From the NCBI RefSeq assembly GCF_963921235.1, contig NC_086097.1, positions 112,470,001 through 112,534,000 of the forward strand: a stretch of DNA of 64,000 nt. The letters are read 5' to 3'. The notes below the pieces were generated by a model. That model saw only the letters and a program-made list of their open reading frames with translations. It was not told the origin of the DNA and did no database searches. A program made the position numbers and the translations under genes. Below, piece by piece: positions 63,273-64,000 of the stretch. Origin of the DNA: Mobula hypostoma. Its lineage: Eukaryota. Position 1 is the stretch's first letter. Every line of letters begins with the position of its first letter.

Positions 63273-64000
63273 GGCTACGTTCACACTACGCCGGATAATC
63301 TTGAAAACTCCGGTTTCGAGTAAAAACGACAGGCGTACACACTAAGCGTTTTTCAAGATATCTCTGTCCACACTAACATGGATATTTGGGCAAATCTCCT
63401 CCTACTGGGCATGCGCAGGACACACAGAAAACAAGCGAAGAGGAAATGGTATACTTGGTGCGCGTTTGTCCAGTTACAGAGTAGAAAAACTTCAAAGGAA
63501 TTGCTCTTGGCTCTCGCGCAGGAGGACTTACAACAAAAAAAAAACGAATACTGGAGCGTATGGAGGCAACCGACAGGGAGCTCACGGACAGTATGACCCG
63601 GCTGACGACGAACATTGAAAAACTGACTAACTCTGTTGCATTAATAAAACGCCTTGTTAAATATATAAAACATGTCTGCATCAATGTTATCTTGTATATC
63701 CATACAATGTTACATTAGGCTGTTACACATCTATTGTCAGAGAAGTACTTGCATAAATAGGTAAACCACCTTCATACAAGCAAGGACAGAAAACAGGGCA
63801 AAGTGAGTATACTTATTTATTCAGTAAGCTATGGGTCAAAGTAATTGGTGAGTACATTTCTAATTCTGGCTTCAGTCTCGTTGCCATCTGTTCTGAAATT
63901 GTGAGGTTATATGCGGGGTTGCGTTCAAGAAAACAACGAAATGCCGGGCTGCGGCCATGTGTTCCGGCATGTCATGACAGCGTTTTTAAATAGTCAAAAA
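63273..64000 (+). mobile_element. PIF/Harbinger non-autonomous element running off the window end
   Basis: TTA|GGCTACGTTCACACTAC terminus, repeated subterminal cacacta, CpG-rich; residual ELLLALAQEDLQ/KRILERMEATDRELTDSMTRLTTNIEKLTNSVA peptide. Confidence 0.7.

Larger units (their letters stand above)
1..64000 (-). other. RIMS2: Internal portion (mostly intron) of the RIMS2 gene, covering the linker between C2A and C2B
   Basis: Minus-strand exons at 17183-17362 and 15273-15382 are collinear with RIM2 protein order and phase-compatible. No start, stop or other gene was recognised in the window. Confidence 0.85.

Noticed and set aside
1..64000. CRISPR arrays, operons or other prokaryotic systems
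   Set aside because: The sequence is vertebrate intronic DNA; no regularly spaced repeat-spacer array or gene-dense segment was seen.

Overview
Eukaryotic, AT-rich, repeat-dense vertebrate DNA. The repeat content (abundant CR1 LINEs, V-SINEs with CR1-like tails, Rex1/Babar tails, Penelope-derived elements) suggests a cartilaginous fish such as a ray or shark; this is inference. The window lies inside one large minus-strand gene, RIMS2 (presynaptic active-zone scaffold RIM2). Two exons are firmly recognisable: 17183-17362 (RSRS..RSMPSL..GRSAPPSPAL) and 15273-15382 (GSVQTSP..RRGRQLPQLP..KGTLER, containing the RIM-BP-binding PxxP motif). Two further frame-preserving exons are likely (61423-61533, 55273-55341), and several weaker microexon candidates lie in the alternatively spliced linker between C2A and PxxP. 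The rest is intron carrying transposons: a young 5'-truncated CR1 with a long open RT frame (57668-60100), a complete but dead IR/DR Tc1 (39738-41339), a Tigger/pogo derivative, Harbinger, hAT and Tc1 MITEs, two solo LTRs with 5-bp TSDs, and L1/Tx1, HERO-like, Rex1 and RTE fragments. The most notable element is a 366-bp palindromic Penelope-like insertion with an 11-bp TSD and a minimal hammerhead-ribozyme motif in each arm; the copy with an intact core lies on the RIMS2 pre-mRNA strand. Most short ORFs in the supplied track are chance ORFs or pieces of repeats. Family assignments come from recalled motifs, not database searches, and repeat boundaries without a TSD or TIR are approximate.
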